DNA of 64,000 nt from Yuukianura sp. NJ FZ-2021 (Eukaryota). Below, piece after piece: positions 14,218-27,927 of the stretch (the first letter of the stretch is position 1; every line of letters starts with the position of its first letter). Under the pieces are notes generated by a model, which was given only the letters and a program-made list of their open reading frames with translations, was not told the DNA's origin and searched no databases. The stretch is taken from positions 1,798,001 through 1,862,000 of the forward strand of contig CM102288.1 of NCBI GenBank assembly GCA_046563655.1. The letters are read 5' to 3'. The translations under genes and the position numbers were made by a program.

Positions 14218-16843
14218 TTATTCAAATTCTTCATCTAGCCTTTCAAGGGAATTGCCTATTTCAGAAGAAGCTGAAGAGGGGGGAAAGTAGGTTGTGGGTG
14301 TCGCTGGGCGATTAAGGCGCCGAATCGGAGTTCCCTGGAAGAATTCAATTGCTTCGGCTCGAGCCAAGGGGGCCCTTAGAGCCTGATACCTTCTGGCCAT
14401 AAGATAGGACTCCCTCGTTTGACATGCGCAGTCCCTCACAAACTGCATCGGCACAAGCATTGAACTCACAGGGGGGCCCTTGACTTCTGGTGGTGGTACA
14501 TCGGCATGTTCCGGTTTTCTATAAAGGGCGACTTGAAGGCTCCCTCTGGGCACTGAGGGGATGTCAGAGGCCCTTCGACTTAAAAATTTTCGTTGTTGAT
14601 TCAGTTGAAGAGTGGGGAGGGGCGGAGGTGATGAGGGGGCGGGGGCTGAAGGGGGTGGAGTTATTGTATCTTCATATACTGGATGTGCTGGAGGGATGCT
14701 GGATGTGCTGGGTGGATCCACCACCCACCCGGCAGGGGGGTGTTGACGTTTTGTACTTTCAGGGGGTGGCGGAGTTTGTCTCAAGGGTTTGTGAATTACC
14801 GTGTCACGACTTTCAGTTGACGACTGCTCTTCAATTGTTGAGTGGAGACTTGGGCGGGACGATGGTGGGGCAGCATTTTGGTGGTTGTGCTGGTGGTGGA
14901 TCAGTTCGGACGGACAGTTGCTTTTTTGGCTCTGCACTTCCGACCCCATTTCGGACTCTCTTGATTTCCTATGCAGAGCCCTCAGAGCCTGCAGTTCTTG
15001 ACGATCTTGTTTCAGTTTTCTAAAAATGTTCAAAAACATTCCAGTGCACATTCCTACTACAAGCAGAGCTCCCATGAAAGCTATAATGAAAATATCAGCT
15101 TTGAGTCCACCGGGTTTGAGGTCGGGACAATTCTCTTCGTCCACTTTGAGTTGACAATTGGATCGATTGTTACATTTGAGTTCAAGCGGAATACAAGTAT
15201 CATCGGAACAGTTGAATTCATCGTCGTTACATTGCGTAACATTGGCCGGACGAGTCCGAATTATGGTATAGTTGGCTCTAAACTGACTCAGTTTCTTCAT
15301 CTCTGAGTCGTCTAGTGTCTTTGCTCCGACTTTTGTCATGAGTCGAATGGCAATGACATGGTCCTCTGATTTGGTCACTTCTTTCAACTGACTTCCACAG
15401 AATCGGTCAATGGGCTTGTTTGTATTTCCAGCGAGTTTGGCAAAAGAGTCATAGACTTCTAGGAAGTTGTAGTGGCAATCGTTAGGTTGTTCGAGTGAGT
15501 AGTAGTAAATTCGGAGCAGGATTTGACGGTCCACTGGAGCCTGGATGACCCAAGTACAGTCAATTGCATCGCCCTTCAGCCTGGCATAGTTCAGGTAGTC
15601 CTTGGATATTTCATCTTTGCTTTCAATGTCACCCTAAAGTGAAAAAAATAATGTTAGGTCAAGCAATGTTCCCAGTTTCAGTCAAATTTCGGTCGTCCGT
15701 CCGAAATTCACATTTGGATTTCTCGGACCGACACTTTTTTAGTCGACGGTTCCATGCCATTGGTTCAACTAAATTGGTTCAAAACAAAATAGTTCACAAA
15801 ATTGCTTTACATTCAACCCAATCTTGTTGAACTATTTAAGGTCTTGAACTAATTTAATTTTGAACTAAATGGCGTACGTGAAATGGCGGAAACTTTTATT
15901 AACATTTGTAGGAAGTGCAGCAAATTTGAAAATGTTGGGGGCGTGGCTAAGGTTCGTTTACGTATTTTGGAAGGATATTTCGGTATTTTCACTCGTTTCG
16001 GACATTTCTAGACCAAAATTTGAAAAAGTGGCCGAAACTGGGAATTCCGGTTAGTGAGATGTGTCTTTTTTTAAACTCTTACTTGAACTTGGTCAATTTC
16101 GAATAGACATGTCTTGTTAATCTCCGGTTTGGGTTCAGTGTCCGGAAGGAACTTAATTGCTGCTCGGAATCCTCTGTGGTTGACGGTAGAATCCGAATGG
16201 AATCGAAGCCACAAGTATCGTCCAGTACTTTTTGTCAAGGTCGGTGGTTGTTTTCCACATGTTTTGCCTTGTACTGGCGAGTAACCGAATTTTCCTATTC
16301 GAATTTCTAGGTAATCGTAAGGACAGTTCGTACTTCCATCCAGTGGAGCTTCAATATGGAAAAAATCGTGAAACTGTCAAAAAAAAAATGAAAAACGCAT
16401 ATTTAGTCAAAATCATGAAATACGACAACTTTGAAATGATTTCAAAATTTTAAGAATTTTACCTGTACATGGACAACTTGGCCTTCCGGTGCTTCGATAA
16501 TTTTGATACAATCGATATTATTTGGATAGTTTTTGGGATAATTTGGACTTGTAAATTCATACATTGAACTTCCGTTGGTAAATGCTGCACATTCTATACT
16601 GGAGTTGAACATTAGTTGACTAGGATGAAGAACAGAGACGTTAACTTTTTGTGCTCCTTCCAGAAGATGAGAAGTACTCGGTGGCTGTGCTAATGCTTTT
16701 GGTCCACCAATTTCAACTTGTCCAGTAGTACTGGAATTCCCCGGAGCTGGACTTCCATAGGTCAAATGACTTGCATCTAGAATCTTCCCTGCTAAAAACA
16801 CCAGTAGCCGGAACAGGAGCCACCGGCATTCCAGCCCCACCAT
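14218..16843 (-). CDS. Neto: Neuropilin-and-tolloid-like receptor (signal peptide, CUB, CUB, LDLa, TM, Pro-rich tail); exons ~16843-16463, ~16373-16083, ~15633-14218
   Basis: CUB1 FTSPNYPKNYPNNIDC..CPYDYLEIRIGKFGYSP..TGRYLWLRFHSD; CUB2 DCTWVIQAP..CHYNFLEVYD; LDLa CNDDEFNCSDDTCIPLELKCNNRSNC..DEENC; TM IFIIAFMGALLVVGMCTGMFL. Confidence 0.85.
15669..16044. mobile_element. Degenerate MITE-like insertion in a Neto intron
   Basis: Terminal inverted repeats ttcccagtttcagtca / tggccgaaactgggaa, with additional inverted subterminal similarity; no ORF. Confidence 0.5.
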
Positions 16844-18137
16844 GTTCCACCAAAATCACCTCCTGTCCCACCTGAAACTTAAGAAATTCTTCAGAAGTGA
16901 CTCTGAAATCTTCTGAGTAATCCTACGCGATGATCCCAAGAGATTTCGGAGTGAGTAATTACAAATCCCGTTGTTTAGAAAAATTCCTTTGTTTGGAACA
17001 CGAGCCGTCGTTCTTTCGAAAGCCATAAAATGGGCCAGAATTGAGTTATTGGCTATAGAAATTGGCCACTTACCAGAAGATGAACAAGATCTTGGGCTGA
17101 ACAGGACGAGCACTGAGCAACATGCGGTTCATTCTCCTCTGCGGATCGAAAACTGTTGTGTCGGATAGTCCTTGTTGAAGAATCGAGGTAAAAGTGTGGA
17201 TCTTAATCCGAATAACTCAAGATTCGCTTAGGTTGAATTAGGTTTTGGATGAGAGTACCCGTACCTGGCCAGGGTACAACTGGAATGATACTTCCTAGGA
17301 GATCTGTAGCAACTGCTGAGTAAGAAGCCCAGTAGAGGTGAGACACGCTGTTTGAGATTTTGAGTTTGTAGAAGATGAGGTGACTAAAAATAGATGAGCA
17401 GTGCTCATACTAGACATACTCTTAGAAATGCTTGTTTGAACAGCGACAGTCTGAATGAAGAGTTTGGATGGGATTAGGCTCCGCCTCCTCCTTAAAACCC
17501 GCTTCCTCATCTTCATTCTTGATCTGTGCCTTCTTTGGCACTTTTAATCATCTTTGCCAAGGACCCTTGTCACACGGACCATCAATTCCCTGTCCTACGG
17601 CAGAAGACTTATGGTCTCATCCTATCGTAAATCTAAAACGACTCAAAAGTAGGTCAAAGGTCACCGGAATTCTCTAAAGTCCTAAATAAATATTTTATCA
17701 ATGGTATTTCCACTTTAGCACCGTTTGAAATTTTGGTTTCGCACGGGTCAGAACTTTACTTAATAAATGTAGGTGTATAACAGTCGTGGAGTCCTAATAA
17801 TTGAAATAAAAGTATGTATGTTATTTAAATTAAGATATAAATGTATTAATTAATTAGATTAACAGTAATTAAAAGTAATTAATTCGAGAAAGTGGACCTG
17901 AACTTTTTTATTAATGTGAAAAGTTAGATTTGTCTTCGTGTTCATAAGAAAGTAACGCGGCGTCCTTTGGAAAGGCGGGAAGAATTTGATTCAAAAAATT
18001 GCAAACCGTACTTTATAATTTTTATTCTTATGTTTATTTTACTTTGTTACTTTTAAAATTAGAACCAATCAATTAATTTGGTAAGGTTAAATTTAATCTA
18101 CCAGTGAGACTGCTGTAGTGAGGCGACACATGCAAAA

Positions 18138-20133
18138 ATGGGTATCCTGGACAAAATCGCTGAGATTGAGCGAGAAATTGCAAGGACGCAGAAGAATAAG
18201 GGTAACTTAAATTCCGAACAGATTAGTTTTAGAAATGTCAAAAAATGTTCCTTGAACGTTCACAGATTCGGCTTCCTTAAGATCATTATTGGGAGAAGGG
18301 AAAAATGGAAAAGAATTTTTTTTTTTAAATTGAAAATTCAATAATGTTTTTATTTTTAGCTACGGAATATCATTTGGGCCTTCTGAAAGCCAAGTTAGCG
18401 AAGTACAGATCGCAGTTGTTGGAGCCAACGAAAAAGTCAGGTTCGTTCGAGATATGATTTTAAAACGGTGAATTTCAAGTTTCTTATTTAGCAGAATTAA
18501 ATTTTAACCTTACTTGGTATTTTTAGGTGAAAAGGGCGAAGGGTTTGATGTTTTGAAGAGCGGAGATGCCAGAGTAGCTCTAATTGGATTTCCATCTGTG
18601 GGAAAGGTATTACAATTAAGAACCGATTTTTTAGAATAACTGCAAGTGCAAGAGAACACTTTGTTTATGGTTCATTTTTATTTTAGTCCACCCTGCTGAG
18701 CACAGTGACGAAAACGGAAAGTGAATGTGCTTCTTATGAATTCACAACTTTGACATGCAGTAAGTAACTTTACAAATAAATCCATCACCGTCAGCCTTTC
18801 CATCTTTACTCAATGATTATTTGTTTCAGTTCCCGGAGTAATTGAATACAAGGGTGCTAACATTCAGCTACTGGATCTGCCCGGAATCATTGAAGGCGCT
18901 GCTCAAGGAAAAGGTGGGGTTCATCTACCCAATTACCTTCCGTTATGAATCGTTAATATTTTCTGTTTTTTAGGAAGAGGAAGGCAAGTTATTGCTGTAG
19001 CTCGTACTGCTGATGTCGTCCTGATGATGTTAGATGCAACGAAGGGTGAAAAGCAACGGGAGTTGCTCGAAGCTGAGTTGGAATCTGTAGGGATTCGACT
19101 CAACAAAAAGAAGCCCAATATTTACTTCAAAGTGAGTGGTGTAACGACGTTTTAACTTCGTCGTTAAACAGTTGTAAAACATACTGTTTTTTTTTATGCC
19201 AGATCAAGAAAGCTGGCGGAATTTCGTTCAACTCAACGTGTAATTTGACCCGAGTTGATGAGAAGCTTGTTCAACTGATCCTACACGAATACAAAATATT
19301 TAATGCCGAAGTTCTTTTCCGGGAGGATCTTGGAGCAGACGAATTGATTGACGGTATTAGAACTACTTTCAGTTGAACTTGTCTTATGATGATTTGAGTA
19401 ACTATTTCATATTTTTTTCAGTGATAAACGATAACCGGATGTACATGCCCTGTCTCTACGTGTATAATAAGATTGATCAGGTTTGTTCCTGCTCAAAAAC
19501 TTCTCAGTGCTAAGAAAATCAAAATTTTGTGTTCTTTTGACACAGATTTCAATTGAAGAAGTGGACAGACTAGCAAGACAGCCAAATTCCGTTGTAGTCA
19601 GGTAAGTCAGTTACACTTTAACAATTTCAAACTGTGCGTGTTTTCAGTTTTTTTTTTTAACTTTTGTGTTTTATTTGTAGCTGTAACATGAAACTGAACT
19701 TGGACTATTTACTGGCAACGCTTTGGGAATACCTCGCCTTGATTCGAGTGTACACCAAAAGGCCCGGACAACCTCCAGATTTTTCAGATCCGATTATTCT
19801 TAGGAAAGGTGTAACTGTAGAACACGTTTGTCACTCCATTCACAGAACAATTGCTTCCCACTTCAAATATGCTCTGGTTTGGGTAAGCCGCATACCACTA
19901 ACCACTACTTCTGAGTTTGATATTTGTTGTGTCAACTTCATTTATTTCTGTTTTCAGGGTACAAGCACAAAATATTCTCCGCAGAGGGTTGGAATTTCAC
20001 ATGTTATGAATGATGGTAAGACCTTGATCGATTGTCAATTCAAATATTTTGTGTAAGTTGTTGCGAATTTATAATCATTTCATATTGTTTGTGTTTAATT
20101 TCAGAGGATGTCATTCGAATCGTCAAGAAATAA
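18138..20133 (+). CDS. DRG2: Developmentally regulated GTP-binding protein 2, multi-exon
   Basis: [39 protein letters not shown]-loop [43 protein letters not shown] domain [27 protein letters not shown]; ends IRIVKK*. Confidence 0.97.
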
Positions 20134-20403
20134 GTTGTGGATTAATTGTCTCTTCCCTTTGGTTTTCGGCAGAATGGTAATCATCGGTTTGATTTTTTTT
20201 TCTAAAAACAGATTAAGGTTTTTCGGAAATAAATTGTGGAATTGAACGCTATTGTGACAAACAGACGTTTTGTGTTATGTTAATTTCGTTGCGTGTTATG
20301 TGTAGAGCGGAATGGCGGTAGTCAGCTGATTCAGCAACCTGACAGCTAATGATACTTTTAGTTTTACATCAAAAAATTAGAAATTGTTAAGAAACGTTCA
20401 ATT

Positions 20404-21823
20404 ATGAGCGTATTTCGTCATTATAAAACGATACCTCAGTTTCTGCGAGTAGTCGGTCAACAGGCAGGTTACGGTCCAAACCGGTGTCCCATTGGGAATT
20501 TCAGGTGAATGGTATTTTTCAATCAATCAAACCAATTTATGTCTAATTAAACCTAATAGACTTAGTAAATTGACTTAACTTTTCATTTCAGTACTTCTTC
20601 TTCCCCTTGGAATAAACATCTTCACAGTGGTACTTTGTCGTTATCGTTCGCCGAGTACAACGAATGTGGAGACAAAGCTGGATCTCCCTCGCCAGTGCTT
20701 ATGACGCATGGTTTGCTAGGATCGAAGCAAAACTGGACGTCAATTGCCAAGGCAGTTTCAAGAGCGACTGGACGAAAGGTGACGTTGTTAAATCGATTTA
20801 ATGGATTCAGATTTAACGAGTCGTTGATAGAATTTTTATCTTTGGATGATTTTCGTATAAGGTAGTGACGTTTGATGCGCGAAATCATGGGGATAGTCCA
20901 GATTCAGAAGACATGAATTATAAAGTTATGGTACAAGATGTCATTGGGTTAGCGGATCAATTACAAATAGACAAGTTCGTTTTCCTAGGGGTAAGCACTA
21001 CTAAACATTGGAAAACATACGAATGCAAAAACGTTTTTTAAACGTTGCAAACCTAGTACATTTTGTATAATTAAGAACTTGTGTCAATAACTTTTCAGCA
21101 TTCAATGGGAGGTAGAACGGCAGCAGCGACAGCACTTAAATATCCAGATAGACTTTCTGGAGTCGTCGTCGTTGACATTAGTCCGCTCAACCCGGGTGGA
21201 GTGTTTGCTGAAATAAAACGTACGTTTTCTCACATTTTTGATGTGATAGCATACTGGATGTGTTGTTAATACTTGACTTTGATTCCATTTGAACTTGCAG
21301 GATTCATCGAGTCAATGATGGCAATCACTTTCACTTCCAAGATGACATTGTCTGAAGCTAGAAGAGAAGCGGATTCCAGACTCCGGTCAGTTGCCCCAGT
21401 AAGGCATATACTTTTTCTACACGACAAATTAGAAATGAACGATTTGATAAAAACTGGACCACAGTTAAGCATTTTGTTTCACAGGACGCGGGCGTTCGTG
21501 CATTTCTGTTGACAAACTTAGCGAAAGGACCAAATCCAAACGACGAAATTTTTTGGAAAGCAAATCTACCAGTTTTACTCCACAAGTTGAACGAAATCAA
21601 GCAATTCCCGCATAATCTCTTGGGCCATAGCGCTTCAATGCCAACTCTGTTCATCCGAGGACAGAATTCCGTTTATGTTCCAGACTCAGAATTTGACGGA
21701 ATTCGAAAATTGTTTCCAAAAACTGAATTTGCAACAATTCCAAACTCAGGTCATTGGCCACATGCAGATAACCCGACAGAGTTTGTTCCCACGCTAGTGA
21801 ATTTTCTTAAACAACATCACTAG
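20404..21823 (+). CDS. ABHD11: Alpha/beta hydrolase domain protein 11-like (mitochondrial), multi-exon
   Basis: HGLLGSKQNW, FDARNHGDSP, nucleophile GHSMGG split by an intron, VVVDISP, PTLFIRG and SGHWPHADNP. Confidence 0.92.
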
Positions 21824-22486
21824 TCCATGCAGACAGTAAAAATTAACGTACATTTAGTCATAATTTAACGTAACTTCTTAAATCAAACTCAATTCAATTA
21901 AACACTTTTTATTGCTTGATTTCTCGTTTTTGAAACTTTGAAGCTCAACTTAGTTCATAAATATTTCATAATTTTAAAATGTATGTTTTAAACATTCTCG
22001 AGTTAAATTCAACAATAACTTAATTTGAAAGTTAAGTTAGGGACATATTTTTAGTAGTTAACTTTAATTTTTTTAGTACAAGTTGAGCTCAGAAGGCCAT
22101 ATTTAATTTATGACATAATTTTTTCCTTCGTCTTCAAAAACTTTTGAGCTGCTTTTCTAAAATTGTGGACGTCAATGGTTCTAAAAAATTGAGTTCCAGA
22201 AGGCACCAGGATTTTCAATTTCTGCGTAAGTCCGTTGACTCTCCACAAATTCAAATATTTTCTAAAAACTTGTTCTAATTTTTAAAAATTTAAAATCATA
22301 ACTGAGCCTTCTTCTTCTCTTTTCTAAACAGAGAAACCTGAGCATTCTAAAATCACAGAAGCGTTTTTAAGCAGACTCAACCAAACAGCGTTTAAACTAC
22401 AATTTGTAGTAAGTCGGGGGATGGAATTAGAAGGACAGTGCGCAAGAACATGGACTTCTTTGGGCCATGACTCATGACTCATGAGG

Positions 22487-23010
22487 TCAGACGCGATGAG
22501 TCTCCACGGTCACCGCTGCCTCCGCCGCCGCGGTGTTTGGTGAAGGCGGACAAAGTTTTTCATAGAAGATTCTGTCTCCCATGTCCGTGTCATCGTCACC
22601 ACCAAATTCCACGTTCAATTCCTTGATGAAGCGTGACAAAATGACAAGGCCGGTGGATCTGAAGGCTATTTCGGCAATGAGCAAGATTATCCCAATGTAG
22701 TCGGACTTGAAATGTCCAAAGACCAGGACAGCTATCAGTTGAATCACCAGTAGAACCACCAGCAAGCAAGTACTCACCATCCAAATTTTACAATTTCGTA
22801 TCGTTTTCCGTCCATCTCTCTAACAAAGAAAAGACCAAGCAGTTCAAAATTATGACAACTTTTTTGAAACTTTTTTAGGTTAAGAGATCTTCCTGGATAA
22901 AGTGGAGTCGTTTACCTCATAAGTTCCACCTAGCGTCCCGCCAGCTACGAGTAGTTGAAGAATACAGACAGCAAAGAGGCCCATCCAAACCAAAACGGCT
23001 AACGTTTCTC
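22487..23010 (-). CDS. 3' exons of an uncharacterised multi-pass membrane protein (LAPTM/DUF4728-like topology); 5' exons unresolved, probably within 23.3-25.4 kb
   Basis: Two spliced exons give three hydrophobic helices: LAVLVWMGLFAVCILQLLVAGG, IWMVSTCLLVVLLVIQLIAVLVFG and IGIILLIAEIAF..LVILSRF. Confidence 0.65.
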
Positions 23011-25257
23011 CTGAAAAAAAAAAGTTTGGGTTGGAGTAAACATGAATTGCATGTATTGTAAGTTACAATTTGTAACCACGCAGCATGTCTACCAACGACG
23101 GCATATTTGTATCCATAAATATGTAACCAAAGATTACGTTTTTTTAAGTCAAAAACAGCTGTTGCATTGTAACCACCAAGTGTATCTACAACGTGGTTAC
23201 AGTAGGATGGTTACAACAGGGTGGCTACAATATGGGGTGGCTACAACAGAGTTATAGCCGTTTGGTTGCAACAGTATCATTGCGTCGGTGCTTACACTGT
23301 GAGGTTACAATGGATTCAATTTAAGCTTTGTTCAACCAAATTTTAAAAAAGAATTTTTTTTAAATAATCTCTTCCTGAGTCCATAACTTTAACAATGCTG
23401 ATGAATAAAAATGGAGAAAGATGAAAAAAAGAAAGTCAAAAGCTGCATTCTATCCACTCAACTCCCAAGTTTTCGGTATGATTTTAAAAAAGTTTTGACA
23501 AATGCTTTCACTTTGACTAAAAGCAAACCGTAATCCATATTCTTTTTGTTACTCCCAAGGATAACCCGAAAATGTCGATCCCAAAAAGTATTCCCAGTGG
23601 AGTAAGACGCACAAGGAGGAAATGGCAGACAAGAAATGAAGATGTAATTTTTCTTACGTTGTTTTTTCGTGAGCGTTGACGTAGTGCTGGTGCTGGATTC
23701 TGATGATGATCCCAGCAGCGATTCTTTGTTTCTCAGCGTCGAGCTGGAACTGCTGCTTCCTGCGACAGAAGATGAAGAGTCTGAGTAAGTTCTTGAGCCT
23801 TCATCATGCTTTGTACTACTTTGATGAGCGGAACCGGAAACTAGAGAAATTAAGTACGCCACCAGCAGAAACGTCGAAAAAATCTACAACAACAATCATC
23901 ATCATTAGAAAGCGAAGACTAGAAGCTAATTTCCACAAAACAAATGCAGATGATGATGCAGGAGCTGCTCAGGAAATGTAACTTTTCCAGCCTTTCGAAA
24001 AAGAACGCTTCAACGACTTGGAAGTTTTTTCTCAAAAACGAAAAGTTTCAACCGAATTTTTCTCTCGACAAAGCTAATCCTGAAATCGCTGATTTCTGGG
24101 CTTCAGAGCTTCATCTCAGCCCAAAAGTTTCAGGTTAGCAAAACTAAAATGTCTAAAATTCCGAATTTTTTGTTCCAAATTCTGAATTCTTTGCTTCAAA
24201 TTTTGAACTTTTTGTGTTGCAGACTTACAATATCCATGGTGACAACAAGGCGGGCGCTTCTTCTGTAGGTCAAATCGTCTTGGACGGGGTCATTTGCTGT
24301 GACCCCTGAGAAAATATTGAGCGTAAACTTTTCCCCACTTGCTCCAGATCTGGCTGAGTGATGCGTAGAGTGACTACTGGACTCCTTAGGTTCTCTCCTG
24401 GCTCCACCAAGTTTAATCTGTGTCTGTGTTTTGTACATTGCTTTTTGTAGGAATTTCCGGTGAGTCCACCACCGTCTGTGGGATCCTTAAGTGGATCAAC
24501 TTAACAGGTCACTTCTGGACAGGAGCAGCGTGTTACAAGTTTAAGCAGCAGCAGGAGCAGCGTGTTGGAAGTTTAGACCGCAGCAGCAGCGTGTCTTGTC
24601 GCAGCTTCTTCCCCCGAGATGACTGCGAAGAGTAGTGAAAGCAACACAACCGAAATCAAGTCTTCTAGGAACAAGTAAAGAGTGGATGGTGCATCGAAGG
24701 GAGATGGACTTTGGGCTGAGGGTTGATTTTGCGTCCCTTGGTCCAGACTTTGTGGAGCCGAAAACTGTCCAATGAATCCTAACTTTCACCAGCACAAGCT
24801 CCAGCAGCACAAGCAAGAGAAACGTGAGCTCTACTTTCTTTTATGGGAAGCAGGGATAGACTAATCCTCATATGCAGCCTTTCTCTTTCTCTCTTTCTCC
24901 AGAATTTGTCACTACTGCAGCGTCTGGAGCAGCATCTCAGGCAACACCACCAGCATCCTCCCTTCCCTTATTCATCAAATCTCCCAGCACAATCTCATCT
25001 TCATCTTCACTTTTGGAGAAGATAGAGCAAGAAAGGTTCAAGAAGGCTTTGAAGAACATAGGATCTCAAAGTCCTCCAACAAAAGAGAAATGGATCCTGA
25101 CGCAGCAAAGGGAAAAACACTTTGGCTGGAACATTAACATCACCAGCACCACCACCGCAAGCACTAATACTGCTTATGCTGGGCCCTCAATCTGATCAAG
25201 GACAAATCCTTAAGGGCACTTCCACTAAGGACTTTGTTTAATTCAAAAAAGCTGTTT

Positions 25258-25330
25258 CTGGAGGGATATGGGATGATGCTGGAGGGATATTGGATGATGC
25301 TGGGGAGATATTGAAAGGTGCTGGAAGGAA
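25258..25330. repeat. ~21-bp degenerate tandem repeat (about 3.5 copies)
   Basis: ctggagggatatgggatgatg / ctggagggatattggatgatg / ctggggagatattgaaaggtg. Confidence 0.7.
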
Positions 25331-26493
25331 TGTGCTGGTCACTTAATGGAATCAATCTGCCGGTCGAGTTTATTTCTCTCAGATGACTCGACTTTCAAGC
25401 ACTTCATTTTGGTCCATTTCTCACTTCCAGCGATTCCAGCGATTTCTTAATTTTGAAATTGGAAGGGTGCCGAAGAGACTTAATACTTGGATACTTGAAT
25501 ACTTTTGGAGAGAGTTTTCAAGTCTTTTGTTACATGCTTTTCTCCTTTTGTTCTTTCTCGATGCAAAATGCTGATGTAAGAAACTTTTTCTGTAAAAAGG
25601 AGAACGTCATCGTTTATCCAGACTCAAAAATCGTTAAAAGCAAAGAGTAATTCCAACGTATGTTTTTTTCCACTGAGAATTCATTTCTAGTTCAAGGTAT
25701 TTTATACCATTAGTTGTGATTAGATCAATTGAATTCACATTGCATTGCATGGAAATGTCTCCAGGTTCGCAGGTTCTTATTTATGATGCCTAACCTTTAC
25801 AGTATTATGCCAGGATCTCCGAATTGAAAAATGGCGTGACCTAACGCAAAAATTCCACAAAAGAATAAACAAATACACCCATTTTGACCTTTTCGCCTTT
25901 ATAATATGGATCTTGAACTTTACAGGTGTAAAATCGAAGTGTAATTAACGTAAATCAAATTTAGTAATGTTATTTTATGGATTACGTGCTTTTGTGTAAT
26001 AGAGAAGAAGGGTGTATGTTACGCTATCTCAGTGTACCGTAAAAGGGCGGGACAAATGAGGAATGCGAATAAGCTAGAGTAATGAGATTCCAATCTTCCA
26101 GGAAAACAGATGATTTTTTCTTGAGTTTACCGTACTACTGTAAGAGGTGTTTTTTCCTGGAACTTGGGATTACGAAGACAAGAAGTCTTGGATATCAGCA
26201 ATTAACGATCACTTGTGTTTTGGCTACTTCTACGTCTACTGGTCATCGATTTTCGGACGTTCTGGTTCCACAGACGGAAATACTAACGGTAAAAATCGCA
26301 CTTTACATAATGAGAACATCAAAAAACTAAAATTGAGCAATGTTCTTTGATTGTTGTTATTGCAGAACACGCACCTCGCACCACCATAGAACTGTTGTTG
26401 AAGAGTCATCGCTTTGATTCAATTCGGTCACGTCGCAACTACCTTGGCTGATACATCGATGTCCCCAACTTGACGCCTTTACTTCTGAACAAG

Positions 26494-27927
26494 ATGGCAT
26501 GCAGAATTGATTTGCGACATGACCAGTGCGGTTCCCTCACGAAGTCCGTTACGGCAGCAGGGTCTGGAGTATGGGTTTACGCACCTACGTGGGTCCAGGA
26601 AGCAATGGACATTCTAACAACCAAACTGAACGGACTCAAGTGCCAAGTACATTCCTACGAAAAGGAGGGAGCAATGTTATCATCAATTTGCGAAGTTTTC
26701 GAAATTAACGTCCAAGACTCTCCATTGACACTTCCGAAACTACAGATGATAGCCAGATGTGAACCGAGGAATGTTACGGGCGTTATCAATAAGATCCATT
26801 ATCCCTCGACTCTTGGAGATGATGTCATCTATGCAATCCGTGATTTAGTCCGTCAGTGTATTATTGTCGGTATGGACCAGACGACGCATTTTGGAGGTAC
26901 ATAAATCATTCCTTATCCCTTTTCAGCACGCAAAATTCTGATTTAATCATGTTTTTGCGTTACTTTTGTGTAAGGTTATCCCAGTGGAGAAAGAAACCCA
27001 CAAGAGGAGCCTGTCTATATCGTTGATCTGGCTGGCCTTCAGTTTCAACAGGCTTACAATTCTGGACGTTTGGTTCTGGCCAAAGATAAACTTCCTCGGG
27101 GATTACTGGATGAATTCATTTATGAAAATGTAGTTGGAGAAAAACGGAAATCCTTCCAGGAAATACAAGCTCAGAGTCGTCTTCCAGGATCACGGTACTG
27201 GAAGTACGTCTGTCCCCGATCTGGACACAACGTTGATGCATTTTTTGATATTTATGTGAGTCCAAAATCATCAATTCAGATGTTCGTCACGGTCTTCTGC
27301 TAAATACCTTTCTTGTTGTATTCAATAGGCTTATCGTCGCTTCGTAGCTTACGATGTCATTCTATCCGGAATAGCCGTAAATGACCTTGCGTCACAAAAT
27401 GGTCACCTCATCAATTTCAAATTCCTTAAGTATGGCACCGGCTACTTCGCAGGTAACATTTGGTCGAAAACGTTGTGTTGACAAAAAAGTCGAAAAGTGA
27501 AAATCATTTTGCTTTTTTGTGTAAAGGAACAATGAGAAGCCTCCTAGAAGAGCACATTCTTCCAGCAGTTCTTGACGGCATTGAACTTCTGTTCAAACAG
27601 TACAACCCCTCGGCAATCCGAAGTTTAGAATTTCCATTCTACCGGGTTGACAATACCAGCAAAGCGAGATTGGAAGAGTTGAAATCTACTTATGGCTTGA
27701 CCTATAAATTTTCGCATGATGATGCCCTGAAAAATACTACAGAGAAGGAGGGATACGTAACAGCAACAACTAATTGCGGAGATCCACATGCCGCCTGTGG
27801 AAATGAAATGGGATACTCGTCAGTTGATGGAGCTGTGGCCGAGAACTTGAAATCCAAAGGAAACATCTTCTGTCCATGTCTCAACAAAAACATTCAGTCC
27901 AAGTTTGTCACCTTGTCACCATCATGA
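26494..27927 (+). CDS. Uncharacterised 4-exon protein, possibly macrodomain/ADP-ribose-binding-like
   Basis: Frame is kept across three GT-AG introns (exons ~26494-26896, 26975-27255, ~27329-27452, ~27527-27927); motifs VYIVDLAGLQFQ, FLKYGTGYFAG and TTNCGDPHAACGNEMGYSSVDGAVAENL. The fold call is inference only. Confidence 0.7.

Noticed and set aside
14490..15306. Plus-strand ORFs of 177 and 111 aa
   Set aside because: Antisense shadows of the GC-rich Neto exon, with no motifs or splice support
21786..21793. Su(H)-like TTCCCACG
   Set aside because: Isolated site inside ABHD11 coding sequence; likely chance
23458..25195. Ser-rich ORFs (23458-23862, 24196-24438, 24541-24816, 24872-25195)
   Set aside because: I could not join them in frame with each other or with the membrane-protein exons; they may be UTR or promoter sequence or unresolved exons
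26082..26493. Longer N-terminus or selenocysteine readthrough (in-frame TGA near 26449) for the orphan gene
   Set aside because: The upstream frame has further stops, no AUG and no evident SECIS; treated as 5' UTR
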